Shown: positions 49,724 through 59,244, counted from the stretch's first letter. The stretch is 64,000 nt of DNA from Oscillospiraceae bacterium (GCA_015069165.1 SVJD01000006.1:2276-66275); one strand, 5' to 3'. The notes: generated from the letters alone by a model not told the origin. Program-made: numbers and translations.

Positions 49724-52150
49724 ATGCTTAAAAAACATTTACGTTCCATTTTGAACATATCTATAGGTGTAGCTATAGCTTTGGTCGCTGTTTTATCTGT
49801 GGCTTTGCTTTCAGGTTGTGACGGTACAACACCGGCACCGGCTGTTAAAACACCTGACCCGATAATAAATTTTGCAAATCCCGATAAGCAAGTGCTTACA
49901 GCAGGGGGAAATTCTCCTCAAATACAAATACCTACTTATAACGAAGTTGCGGTTGACGCATTGGGCAGAAGTTTGCCTGACTATGATCAAGTCGGCGGAC
50001 CTAAGGAGAATAAATACGTAGGTGTATTTTATTTCTTATGGACATCCGACCGTAATTTGCATACAAGTTTTGATAACACGAAATTGATTGCGCAAAACCC
50101 CTCGTCGCCGAAACTCGGAGGCAGAAATGTGTATCATTGGTGGGCAGAGCCCGAGACAGGTTATCATGATGCAGGTGATACTTGGCAGATAAAGAGAGAT
50201 TTGTATTATTTGTCCGCTGCCGGTGTTGACTTCTTGTATTTAGATTTTACTAACCAATATATATATGCAGATGCACTTACAAAACTTCTTGACGTGAGCC
50301 TTGAACTTCGTGAACAAGGAATTATGACACCATATCTCGTACCATGGGCAGCCGGAGCAGATATTACGCCCGGTCCCGGTGTTGCCGGTCAAGACTTAGT
50401 GGATTTATATAAACAATTCTACAAAAATGAAAAATACGCAGACTTATGGTTCCATTGGGAAGGAAAACCTCTTGCTATATTGGTACCGCCGCTGGATGTT
50501 TTGGAAGCCACGGGAGATTCCGTATTGGCAGAATGCAGGGAATACTTTACATTCAGAGTTGCTTGGACAAGAGATGTAACATGGCCGGGCGAAGAAGAAG
50601 GCCGTTGGTGCTGGCCGGACAATGATATAGTAAATTACGGTTACTATTACGGTTGGGATGAAGATCCGAATAAGGCGGAATTTGCCGGAATCGGTTTGGC
50701 AGGCTTTGCCGATATGGGACACGGAAGAAGCGGAGAGTATTCAACTTCGCAATATCTTGATATTTTTTCAGAGTCGGAATATACGGGGCAAGGTATAGCA
50801 TTCCGTGAGGCTTTTGATTTGGTAATGGAAAAGAATCCCGAAGTAGAAGTAATAACCATTTCACGTTGGAACGAATGGATTGCAATGAATTTGGGAAAAA
50901 ATGATTTCGGATTTGTAGATCAATACAACCGTGAATTCAGCCGTGACATTGAGCCTGCGAAAAACGGATATACAGATAATTACTATTATCAAATGTGCGC
51001 TATAATCAGAGAATTTAAAGGGGTAAGCAAGGCTGATGTCAGCAGCGGAGAATCAAATCCTTATGCGGCGGGAGATTTCTCCAAATGGCAGGAAGTGAAC
51101 CCGGTATATACTGATTTTACAGGAGATACTTCCAAAAGAAATTATCAGGGTGCAGACAATAAGAGCCATTATACAAATAAAACAGGCAGAAACGATATTG
51201 TAGAGAGCCGTTTTGCTTATGACGGAGAGAATGTGTATTTTTATGCGCGTACTGCTGAGTCACTTACAAAGCACACAGGCGAAAATTGGATGCTTCTTTT
51301 CATTGATGCTGATAACAACAAAGAAACAGGTTGGGAAGGATATGATTATCTCATAAATTATTCCGTATTTGATATTAACCGCACAGTAGTTTGCAAATAT
51401 GAAAAAAATGTTTGGAAAGAAATAGGTATTACAGACTACAATTATGCGGGCAAAGAGATCCAGGTTAAAGTGCCCAGAGTTGCACTCGGTCTTACGGGTG
51501 ACAATATTCAGATCGGTTTCCACTGGATGGATAATATTACAAATGTTTACAGTTTGTATGATTGGTTTACAACGGGAGACAGTGCTCCTGAGCGCAGAAA
51601 TAATTATTATGTAAACGTAAGCAGTAAATTTACAGGTAATAAAGATGAAGATATCAGACAAAGAGAAGGAGCAAAGATTCAGTATATGCTCCCGGCAGAC
51701 CTTAAAGATGAAAAAGTAAAAGAGGAATCTTTGAAAGAAGGTTTGACTGTTCAATATTATGATTTGCCTACAGGCTATACAAAACAACCGGAATTGTATT
51801 TGTTAGAGGCTAAGAAAAAGAATAAGAGTTTTGTTGAAAAAGTAAGCCTTGACGGTTTTGCAGAAAAAAGTCAAAACGGATGTTTCGCCCTGGGCTTTAC
51901 AGGATGGATTTATGTGGAAAAAGACGGCGAATATACGTTCTCTTTGAACTCTGATGACGGCAGTATGCTTTATATAAACGATAGACTTATCGTAGATAAT
52001 GGCGGCTCGCGTTATGTTGAAAAGAAATCAGCCTCAATAGGTCTTGCGAAAGGATATCATAAGATTTCTTTGGAATATTTTGAAAGCGGAGACGGAAAGT
52101 CGGTGTTAGAATTCGACTCTGCAGGTTGTAAACTGTTTTCAGTGAAATAA
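49724..52150 (+). CDS. Lipoprotein, GH99/GH71-like domain + C-terminal PA14 domain
   Basis: Lipobox LSGC; VGVFYFLW, WAEPETGY, AGVDF, RWNEW; PA14 GEYTFSLNSDDGSMLYI..GYHKISLEYFE. Start ATG 49724. Confidence 0.65.
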   Translation: MLKKHLRSILNISIGVAIALVAVLSVALLSGCDGTTPAPAVKTPDPIINFANPDKQVLTAGGNSPQIQIPTYNEVAVDALGRSLPDYDQVGGPKENKYVGVFYFLWTSDRNLHTSFDNTKLIAQNPSSPKLGGRNVYHWWAEPETGYHDAGDTWQIKRDLYYLSAAGVDFLYLDFTNQYIYADALTKLLDVSLELREQGIMTPYLVPWAAGADITPGPGVAGQDLVDLYKQFYKNEKYADLWFHWEGKPLAILVPPLDVLEATGDSVLAECREYFTFRVAWTRDVTWPGEEEGRWCWPDNDIVNYGYYYGWDEDPNKAEFAGIGLAGFADMGHGRSGEYSTSQYLDIFSESEYTGQGIAFREAFDLVMEKNPEVEVITISRWNEWIAMNLGKNDFGFVDQYNREFSRDIEPAKNGYTDNYYYQMCAIIREFKGVSKADVSSGESNPYAAGDFSKWQEVNPVYTDFTGDTSKRNYQGADNKSHYTNKTGRNDIVESRFAYDGENVYFYARTAESLTKHTGENWMLLFIDADNNKETGWEGYDYLINYSVFDINRTVVCKYEKNVWKEIGITDYNYAGKEIQVKVPRVALGLTGDNIQIGFHWMDNITNVYSLYDWFTTGDSAPERRNNYYVNVSSKFTGNKDEDIRQREGAKIQYMLPADLKDEKVKEESLKEGLTVQYYDLPTGYTKQPELYLLEAKKKNKSFVEKVSLDGFAEKSQNGCFALGFTGWIYVEKDGEYTFSLNSDDGSMLYINDRLIVDNGGSRYVEKKSASIGLAKGYHKISLEYFESGDGKSVLEFDSAGCKLFSVK

Positions 52151-52171
52151 AACAACTAAGGGGTTTAGTTT

Positions 52172-52855
52172 ATGAATATAGCTTTAGTTCTTGCAGCAGG
52201 AAAGGGTACGCGTATGGGCGCGGCCATTCCCAAGCAGTTTATAGAATATAAAGAAAAACCGATACTTGTGCACACACTCGAAGCATTTGCGAAACATTCA
52301 GACGTACACAAGATTTGCGTAATTTGTCCGGCTGATAATGTCGAGTACACAAAAGAACTTTTGCAAGAGTATAATATCCCCAAAATAGCGTGGGTTGAAG
52401 CCGGCGGAGCCAGCAGACGCGAATCGTCTTATATTGGGGTAGCCCGTTTGGCGAAGGAGTTCGGCGAAAATGACGTTGTAATGATACACGACGGAGCAAG
52501 ACCGAATGTTTCGGAGCGCATTATATCGGAAAACATTGAAGCTGCTGCAAAATTCGGTGCGTGTGAAACAGCAATACCAAGTCAGGATACTATTGCTGTT
52601 TCGGAAGACGGACAGAAAATTTCCGGCATACCCGACAGAAGCAAAATGTATAATGTACAGACTCCCCAATCTTTTAAAATCGGTATAATTTTAAAAGCTC
52701 ACCAATCATGGATGGAAAGAGATGGCGGAAATGCTACCGATGATGCTGCCCTTGTCATGGCAGACGGGCTCGATGTGTATTTGGTAAAGGGCGAAAAAAA
52801 CAACCTGAAAATCACAACTGAGGAGGACTTGCGAATATTATACAGCATAACGTAA
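52172..52855 (+). CDS. ispD: IspD/TarI-family cytidylyltransferase
   Basis: LAAGKGTRMG..PKQF, IHDGARP, QTPQSF, TDDA, NLKITT. Confidence 0.8.
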   Translation: MNIALVLAAGKGTRMGAAIPKQFIEYKEKPILVHTLEAFAKHSDVHKICVICPADNVEYTKELLQEYNIPKIAWVEAGGASRRESSYIGVARLAKEFGENDVVMIHDGARPNVSERIISENIEAAAKFGACETAIPSQDTIAVSEDGQKISGIPDRSKMYNVQTPQSFKIGIILKAHQSWMERDGGNATDDAALVMADGLDVYLVKGEKNNLKITTEEDLRILYSIT

Positions 52856-52873
52856 AAATTCGGAGGTGCCTTT

Positions 52874-53092
52874 GTGATGGAAAAATCGCTTTGCGTGTTT
52901 AAAACACACAATCAAGCGGTGGCGGCATGGAGTCATTTGAAACGTGCAGGAATAGATTGCACACTGGTCCGCACACCGCAAAATTTGGCAAAAGAGAAAA
53001 CGTGCTCGTACAGTGTTTCGATTTCTGCAGAATATATCGAAAAAGCAAGAGTGATTTTACAGAAAAATACACTTGATTTTTATATTGTGTAA
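52874..53092 (+). CDS. DUF3343-like small protein
   Basis: FKTHNQA..LKRAGI..VRTP..CSYSV; RBS ggagg. Confidence 0.65.
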   Translation: MMEKSLCVFKTHNQAVAAWSHLKRAGIDCTLVRTPQNLAKEKTCSYSVSISAEYIEKARVILQKNTLDFYIV

Positions 53093-53101
53093 ATATATAA
53101 T
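53073..53101 (+). promoter_or_regulatory. sigma-A promoter upstream of 6S-like RNA
   Basis: TTGATT-N17-TATAAT. Confidence 0.7.
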
Positions 53102-53120
53102 TTAGCCATGGAAAGCTCAG

Positions 53121-53316
53121 AAGGCTTCCTGGAGTGTTCGACGAGAACCTATATTTTGAACCTACATCATATAAACGGGAATCCAAGTTAGATGTTTTAG
53201 AAATCAGGCCACATATAATTTCGATTTGTTCGGCAGTGGAAGATTGACACAACACACAGGATACCCACCTAGCTTAGCTAGGTGTCAAAATATCGGGGCG
53301 GCACTTTGGGAGCCTT
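53121..53316 (+). ncRNA. ssrS: Probable 6S RNA
   Basis: ~195 nt rod: AAGGCTTCC..GTGTTCG pairs with CGGCAC..GGGAGCCTT; TATTTTGAACCT pairs with AGGTGTCAAAATA; GGGAATCC pairs with GGATACCC; unpaired central bubble ACATCATATAAAC. Confidence 0.75.
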
Positions 53317-53354
53317 TTTGTGTATTTATTTGAATAATCAGAGGAGATTGTAAA

Positions 53355-53645
53355 ATGGCTTGTACAGAAAAATATATTTTGAATAGCGAATTACAAGAAA
53401 TGCAATTGGGAGAGGGAGAAGGAGAAGGCACCGTGTTGTATGATCCTGCTACAGAAAATACCCACGTGCTTGACGAAGTTGCACAAGACATAATCGAAAT
53501 GTTCAAAAATCCTTCTGCCATAGAAGAAGCTGTGTCAAAGCTTGCAACCATATATGACGAAAAAGAAGAAATAATAGATAAAGATGTGAGAGAGTTTATT
53601 GTTACAGCGTTAAGCAATAACATACTTTTAACTGTTGAAGAATAA
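53355..53645 (+). CDS. Stand-alone PqqD/RiPP recognition element (RRE)
   Basis: 96 aa; VLYDP..THVLDEVAQDI..LATIYD..IDKDVREFIVTALSNNIL. Confidence 0.85.
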   Translation: MACTEKYILNSELQEMQLGEGEGEGTVLYDPATENTHVLDEVAQDIIEMFKNPSAIEEAVSKLATIYDEKEEIIDKDVREFIVTALSNNILLTVEE

Positions 53646-53660
53646 AAATTCAAAGCAGAT

Positions 53661-54560
53661 ATGGACATACTTTTTTACACCAGGGAAAAGTGTAAATATG
53701 CAATGACAGTTATAACTGACGACAAAAACATTGCGGAAATATTCCAAAAGCGATATTTTTGCAATAAAATTTCGTCGGAAAATTTTGCATTGGCAAAGAC
53801 TTGTGCAGAATTTGAGGAACTTTTTACCAAAATACAGGCGGAGCTTCCAAAAAAATCATCAGTGTTTTGTTACAACAGCGGCGAGAAAAAAGCATTTTTT
53901 ATAGAATCAGAGCGGAAAACGGTACTTACCGTTGATTTTTCGTTGCCCCAAGAATTATTACCTATCCAAGTTTTAGAAAATTTGTTATATATATCGTTCA
54001 TTCCCGAAGACAGTGTACTTGCTCTGCACGGTGCGGCGGTAGCAAAAGACGGCAAAGCGTACTTACTGTTGGCCTCTACTACTAGCGGAAAGTCCACGTT
54101 GACCGCTTTTTTGTGGAAAAAAGCAGGGTATGAATATATAACCGATGACGAAATATTTATTTCGCGCAAAGACAGATGTGTGCTGCCCGTGAGAAAAAAT
54201 TTATCACTCAGACAGGGCGGATATGATTTTTTAAATATGGAATTTGAAAAAGAATACCCGATTTTTGACGGCAAAGCACATACACATTTAATAGTGCCCC
54301 AAGAAGAGTTGAAATTCCCTAAATATGAAATAGAAAAAATAGTATTTTTGGCAGGATATGGCAGTGAAGAGCCGTATTTTATCAAAACACAGCCGAGAGA
54401 GGCCTTTTCCAAACTGCTTAAAGGACAGCTTTCCGGCAAGAATTTTGGAGAAAATGTAGCAGAAAAATATAAGATTTTAACTGAATTGGCACAAAAATCT
54501 TATGAAATGAGGTATTCTGATTTATGGACGGCAGAAAAATACTTAAAACACTTACCATAA
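53661..54560 (+). CDS. HPr-kinase-like (PadeK-type) peptide kinase
   Basis: LHGAAV..LLLASTTSGKSTLT..YITDDEIFI. Confidence 0.75.
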   Translation: MDILFYTREKCKYAMTVITDDKNIAEIFQKRYFCNKISSENFALAKTCAEFEELFTKIQAELPKKSSVFCYNSGEKKAFFIESERKTVLTVDFSLPQELLPIQVLENLLYISFIPEDSVLALHGAAVAKDGKAYLLLASTTSGKSTLTAFLWKKAGYEYITDDEIFISRKDRCVLPVRKNLSLRQGGYDFLNMEFEKEYPIFDGKAHTHLIVPQEELKFPKYEIEKIVFLAGYGSEEPYFIKTQPREAFSKLLKGQLSGKNFGENVAEKYKILTELAQKSYEMRYSDLWTAEKYLKHLP

Positions 54561-56659
54561 TGAAATTAAAGCAAAACGATAATGTTTTGCAGGTGGGCGG
54601 GTATAGTATGATTCCTCTGCTGGTTGCCGGGGATTTTATCCGTATAAAAGAACAAGATAAATACGAAATAGGCGATATTGTTGTTTGCGTTGATGACAGA
54701 AGCGGCAAAGTCGGACTTCTGGTACACAGAGTTATTTATATACGCAAAAAGGACGGTAAAATTATTTATGTCATAAAAGGCGACAATGCGGTGGCGGCAG
54801 AATATATAGAGAGTGATTTTTGCTTGGGTAAAGTAACGGAAATCACAAACAGAAATGGTAAAAAACTCGAGGTGAATACACCGAGCGAGAAAGATATGCA
54901 AATAGTTGAGCTTTCAAGAAAAGTTTACCGAATTTACCAAAAAACGGGTGACCCTACAGTAGCATTCAGCAGTGCACCTCACATGGAAATTTATGATAGG
55001 GCGCCTGATTTTATGAAAGAATGCGTTTTTGCGGCGCAAAAAGAAATGATAAAAAGAGCGGCAGAGCTTGTGCAAGGTTTACCGCCTTCACCGCCTGACC
55101 CTAAATTTGAATTTACAAAAGATTATTATGCCTTGCTTGCTTTTCACAGAGTAATGAATGTGTTGGAACCTTATGTTATTGAGGGTAGCGGGCGTTTCGG
55201 AAAGCATATAAAACTCTCTAAAGCCAGAAATTTGTCACTTGCAAGAAGACGTTTGATTAAAGCAAAAGAGATTATTGAAGCTTTTGAAAGAGAAAACATC
55301 AAATATCTCGTATTTAAAGGCTTTGCAACTTCATATTTTATTTTCGGGAATCCCAATATACGAGAATGTGATGATATTGATTTCCTGATTTTGCCGGAAG
55401 ATGTACAAAGAGCTCACGAAATATTAGGAGAATTGGGCTATTGTTACCATGACGAGAGAGGTTTTTACAAACCGGAGATACCCGAAGAACATTATCGAAC
55501 ACATTTAAAACCGTATGTACACGAAAAAGATTTGAATACGGTAGAGCTTCACACTGCCATTTTTACAGAGGAAAAATATACTCCTGCGGTTTTGGAAAAC
55601 AGACAAAAAATTGACATAAATGGTATGGGTGTTTATGTTTTAAAGGATGTTGAAGCTTTTGTTTGCCAGTTATTCATTACGGCTGTTGACGATTACGGAA
55701 CGGCTAATATGACATACGAAATGGATCCGAATATTTTTTTGCAGTTAAAATTCCGTAATTACCTTGATATAGCAATTATGGCAAAAAAATGCGCGGAAAT
55801 TCCGTCAGAAGAAATAATAGAAACCGCAATGAAATACAATGTGAATTTCCAGATGTTTTTTGCTTTGGATTTTACTTGTAAAATGTTTGATTATGCGGAA
55901 TTTACAGAGCCTTTGCGTAAACTTCGCGACAGATTTACAGAAAACGAGCAATTAGAGCCGAGTATGTACGATTTGCCGATAGATGTACAAGATTGTTTAC
56001 GCAGTCCGTTTAAAATGAAAATGAACGGCAAAGCTCTTTGTTATTTAAGAGATTCATATATTTTTTCATCACATTGGCGCAGGGTGCAAAAAAGGATAGA
56101 AAGCGAAGAAATTCCGCAATTAGAACAGCAAGTTATAAATATGCCTACAGCAGAAGGTGTGATACAAAAAGTAAAAAAGACCTCAGCGGGCGTAGTTATA
56201 GAGAACGAAATAGATATTTCGCAAAGAACAGATGAATTTATATTTGTTATAAAGAGATTGTTGGAAGAAAAGTGCAGAAAGCCGGAAGATTACGGCTATG
56301 AAGTGCGTTTTTTGTATGTAAATAAAAAAGAAGGCTATATGCGAAAAGGAAAAATAATGCAAAATATGCACTTGGATATGGAAGAATTGACAGATGAAGT
56401 AATCGCTTATATTCGGAAAACACGGCAAAAGTCAAGAATTTCCCTATATATAGGCAAAAAACGGACTTTTGACAACCTTTCTGAAAATAAAAAAATCACA
56501 ACAAAATTTAATATGTCAAAAGAAATATTTTTGCCTAAAAAAAGCACAAATTTCATAGTATATTCCACTGATATTCTTGATTTGGAATATGCCAAATTAA
56601 AGAAAATAACCTCTATAAATGAAAAAGAGGAAAATATCATAAAAATTTCATTTGACTAA
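54560..56659 (+). CDS. S24/S26 peptidase-like domain fused to nucleotidyltransferase (NTP_transf_5-like)
   Basis: GYSMIPLL.GD..GDIVV..LVHRV..KGDN; FKGFA..RECDDIDFLI..VELH. Start ATG 54560 in TAATG overlap. Confidence 0.75.
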   Translation: MKLKQNDNVLQVGGYSMIPLLVAGDFIRIKEQDKYEIGDIVVCVDDRSGKVGLLVHRVIYIRKKDGKIIYVIKGDNAVAAEYIESDFCLGKVTEITNRNGKKLEVNTPSEKDMQIVELSRKVYRIYQKTGDPTVAFSSAPHMEIYDRAPDFMKECVFAAQKEMIKRAAELVQGLPPSPPDPKFEFTKDYYALLAFHRVMNVLEPYVIEGSGRFGKHIKLSKARNLSLARRRLIKAKEIIEAFERENIKYLVFKGFATSYFIFGNPNIRECDDIDFLILPEDVQRAHEILGELGYCYHDERGFYKPEIPEEHYRTHLKPYVHEKDLNTVELHTAIFTEEKYTPAVLENRQKIDINGMGVYVLKDVEAFVCQLFITAVDDYGTANMTYEMDPNIFLQLKFRNYLDIAIMAKKCAEIPSEEIIETAMKYNVNFQMFFALDFTCKMFDYAEFTEPLRKLRDRFTENEQLEPSMYDLPIDVQDCLRSPFKMKMNGKALCYLRDSYIFSSHWRRVQKRIESEEIPQLEQQVINMPTAEGVIQKVKKTSAGVVIENEIDISQRTDEFIFVIKRLLEEKCRKPEDYGYEVRFLYVNKKEGYMRKGKIMQNMHLDMEELTDEVIAYIRKTRQKSRISLYIGKKRTFDNLSENKKITTKFNMSKEIFLPKKSTNFIVYSTDILDLEYAKLKKITSINEKEENIIKISFD

Positions 56660-56680
56660 AAATCGAATATATATTACAAT
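56652..56680 (+). promoter_or_regulatory. sigma-A-like promoter for regulator-radical SAM pair
   Basis: TTGACT-N17-TACAAT. Confidence 0.6.
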
Positions 56681-56743
56681 AAATGTAATAGTTAAACTTC
56701 TGTGGAAGAAAAAACGCTTCTCGGAAAAAAAGGGGGAATTTCA

Positions 56744-57859
56744 ATGTCCGACAGTAAGTACATTTTAGAAAAAAACAAAGAGGCAGTGTTTGATTTTTTT
56801 GCGTTGCTGAACTCTGTTCAGACGGCAGCAAGTTATGATGATATTTGCCCGCACAAGGAAGTAGCACCTGATGATAAAATTTCAGATGCTTATTACCGTT
56901 TGTATATGATAAGTTCAAGACTCTCATCCGGCTTGAAAATGTTCTTCACTTATAAAGAAGAACGCAAAATGAACTTTTTTGAGTGGATGTTCCGCACGAA
57001 TGTGGATACTTATTCGAGTTGTGAGGATATTATTTCTGAGATTGAGCAGTGGGCTCCCACAAAGCTTGTTTACCAGGCAATGAGATTTAATGATCCCTAT
57101 AATAATTTCCAAGATAAATTTTATGAGGAGATTGTAAATTCAAGAGATTTGTTTATGAGTTATATGAACGGTCTTAATACAACTACAGAAGTAAGATGGG
57201 AAATTATGTCATTTATTCAGCATCCCGAGGAATCACTTGACTTGCTTAAAGAATACATCAAAAAGATGTACCGCGAATTTTCCATAGAGTACGCTAATTT
57301 TTCACAGCAAAGAGCAGCTTTAAACGAGAAATTGGCAGAAAGTATTGCGGATGACTCAATTGATGCGGCAGTTATCGATTACGAGATAGATGAAAAAGAA
57401 ATCGAATCTACAGTTGAGATTTTATCACAATCAATAACACCTCCTACAAAAGAGGTTAAAATTGTAGGCTCGCTTTTCGCACCTAATCAAATGATAAAAA
57501 TAGACGCTTCCAGAGGTCTTTATTATTTGGTTGGTGTAGGTTATATGGATTACTACAACTCATTTATGAATAAAGGTCCGGATGATGTTAAGCTCAATGA
57601 ACTCTTCAGAGCTTTTACAGACGGAACTCGTGCGCAAATTATTGAGATTTTGAGAGAAAAAGAGTGTTATAACGGCGAGCTCAGCAATATGTTGGATGTT
57701 CCCATGTCTTCGCTTACTCATCACATGGAAATTCTCAATACCTGCGGTTTCGTTGTTAAGCGTAATGTAGGTAAACGCACTTATTATAAATTAAACAAGA
57801 AGCAATTTATAAATGCTTCCAGATTGTTACGAAGATATGTAGAAGGTTATGATCTGTAA
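56744..57859 (+). CDS. Large ArsR-family regulator (C-terminal winged HTH, ~290-aa N-terminal domain)
   Basis: FRAFTDGTRAQIIEIL..YNGELSNML..SSLTHHMEILNTCGFV..GKRTYYKLN. Start ATG 56744. Confidence 0.8.
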   Translation: MSDSKYILEKNKEAVFDFFALLNSVQTAASYDDICPHKEVAPDDKISDAYYRLYMISSRLSSGLKMFFTYKEERKMNFFEWMFRTNVDTYSSCEDIISEIEQWAPTKLVYQAMRFNDPYNNFQDKFYEEIVNSRDLFMSYMNGLNTTTEVRWEIMSFIQHPEESLDLLKEYIKKMYREFSIEYANFSQQRAALNEKLAESIADDSIDAAVIDYEIDEKEIESTVEILSQSITPPTKEVKIVGSLFAPNQMIKIDASRGLYYLVGVGYMDYYNSFMNKGPDDVKLNELFRAFTDGTRAQIIEILREKECYNGELSNMLDVPMSSLTHHMEILNTCGFVVKRNVGKRTYYKLNKKQFINASRLLRRYVEGYDL

Positions 57860-58883
57860 AAGCACTTACATTGAAATTACAAACAGATGTAATTTAGATT
57901 GCAGAGATTGTTATAACAGCTCAGGTAGAAATAAACATACAGTGGAGCTTGATCTCGATGTGCTTTTAAAATATATTGAAGATTTAATTATTATATACAA
58001 AGTAAGAAGCATTACATTTTCCGGTGGCGAACCGCTTCTTTACAGCAGAATTGACGATTTGTTTGATGCTTTGACGGAATATACCCGCAAATATTCTGAT
58101 GTAGTGTTTAATTATGTAACAAACGGTACTTTGTATAACAAGAATTTTTACGATTTATTGGAAAACAGCTCTCGATTTATGGTGCAAATAAGTCTTGACG
58201 GACCGAATGAGGAGTCGTGTGCAAGTATACGCGGCTCAGGCACGTTTACAAAAGTAGTAAATAATGTAAGTCAGAGAAAGTTTTTCCATAAACCTGTATT
58301 CAAAATGATTATCAACAAATTCAATGCTCCCTTTGCAGAAGAATACTTCCACTTTGTTTATGAAAAGCTTGGCGGCGAGCCAAGCTTTGCATTTGCAAAT
58401 TATCAGGGAAATGCCATACAAAATTGGAATGAAATGGAACTTTTACCATCCGAAAAGGCTAAAATACTCAGGATGGTTCAACAGAAATACAAAGAATACG
58501 ATATTACAGATATTGCACTTCCCCTTCCCACTGTTCATTGTGACCTTACGGACGCGGACGGCGCAATGGATTTTTGCATCAAGCCGGATGGCTCGGTGCA
58601 ACCGTGTCAGAATCTTTATGACAGCAAATTTTCCCTCGGAAACATTTACAAACTTGACTGGAAAAGTATTGAATTCAACGTAAACAGCCTCAAGGAGTAT
58701 CTGATTAAACGATTGGAAATGGATTTTGGCTGTAAAAAGTGTTTTTTAAACAAAAATTGCGGCAGAGGTTGCCCTGCTTTTGCGTTTATGAGGAACGGAG
58801 ATTTGCTTTTATCTGACGCAGAGTGCGATTTTAAGCGTGTTGCAATGATTTCCATTATAAAAACAGAAAAAGGCTTTAAATAA
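57849..58883 (+). CDS. Radical SAM/SPASM peptide maturase (no fused RRE)
   Basis: CNLDCRDC, SGGEPLL, QISLDG; SPASM HC..GSVQPC..GNI..CKKC..CGRGCPA..C. Confidence 0.9.
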   Translation: MICKSTYIEITNRCNLDCRDCYNSSGRNKHTVELDLDVLLKYIEDLIIIYKVRSITFSGGEPLLYSRIDDLFDALTEYTRKYSDVVFNYVTNGTLYNKNFYDLLENSSRFMVQISLDGPNEESCASIRGSGTFTKVVNNVSQRKFFHKPVFKMIINKFNAPFAEEYFHFVYEKLGGEPSFAFANYQGNAIQNWNEMELLPSEKAKILRMVQQKYKEYDITDIALPLPTVHCDLTDADGAMDFCIKPDGSVQPCQNLYDSKFSLGNIYKLDWKSIEFNVNSLKEYLIKRLEMDFGCKKCFLNKNCGRGCPAFAFMRNGDLLLSDAECDFKRVAMISIIKTEKGFK

Positions 58884-58922
58884 AAGTGCCTATATATAGG
58901 CAAAAATAAGAGGTTTGGTGTA

Positions 58923-58964
58923 TAGTCCGAAATTGTTTGATTTTTGTCAAACATTTCCGGACTA
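58923..58964. repeat. Long imperfect inverted repeat after the radical SAM gene
   Basis: TAGTCCGAAATTGTTTGA..TCAAACATTTCCGGACTA. Confidence 0.65.
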
Positions 58965-59146
58965 AAATTTTGTTAATAAAATTAACTTTTTGTTTCTAAA
59001 ATTGAGAAGTCGAAAAAATGAAAATCATTATTTTTAGATGTTTTTAAATAAATCACATAATAAATATATAAAATATACCCTATTTTTAGCACTGAAAAAG
59101 TACGAGAAAAAAATAATTTATGTGCGAAAACTGTAAAATTGATGGC

Positions 59147-59201
59147 TTGCACGTTTGTTTTTATTGTGCTAACATATCAATGCAGCCGGGAAATATTTCC
59201 C
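59147..59201 (+). promoter_or_regulatory. Candidate promoter with downstream palindrome
   Basis: TTGCAC-N17-TAACAT; GGGAAATATTTCCC at 59188-201. Confidence 0.45.
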
Positions 59202-59244
59202 AAAGGCTTTTTGTAGATTATATGTGGAAAGAGAAGGAGCGACG

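Noticed and set aside
52899-53668. Minus-strand ORFs across DUF3343, 6S RNA and PqqD
   Set aside because: Antisense to better-supported features
53355-58883. Classical lasso peptide cluster
   Set aside because: No lasso cyclase or B2 protease in the locus; the precursors are two-Cys peptides beside a SPASM enzyme
53355-58883. PQQ biosynthesis or SCIFF (six-cysteine) system
   Set aside because: No pqqB/pqqC and no ExxxY precursor; the peptides have only two Cys
59018-59047. Tiny ORF MKIIIFRCF as a third precursor
   Set aside because: No RBS, no KKWxxP leader and no core motif
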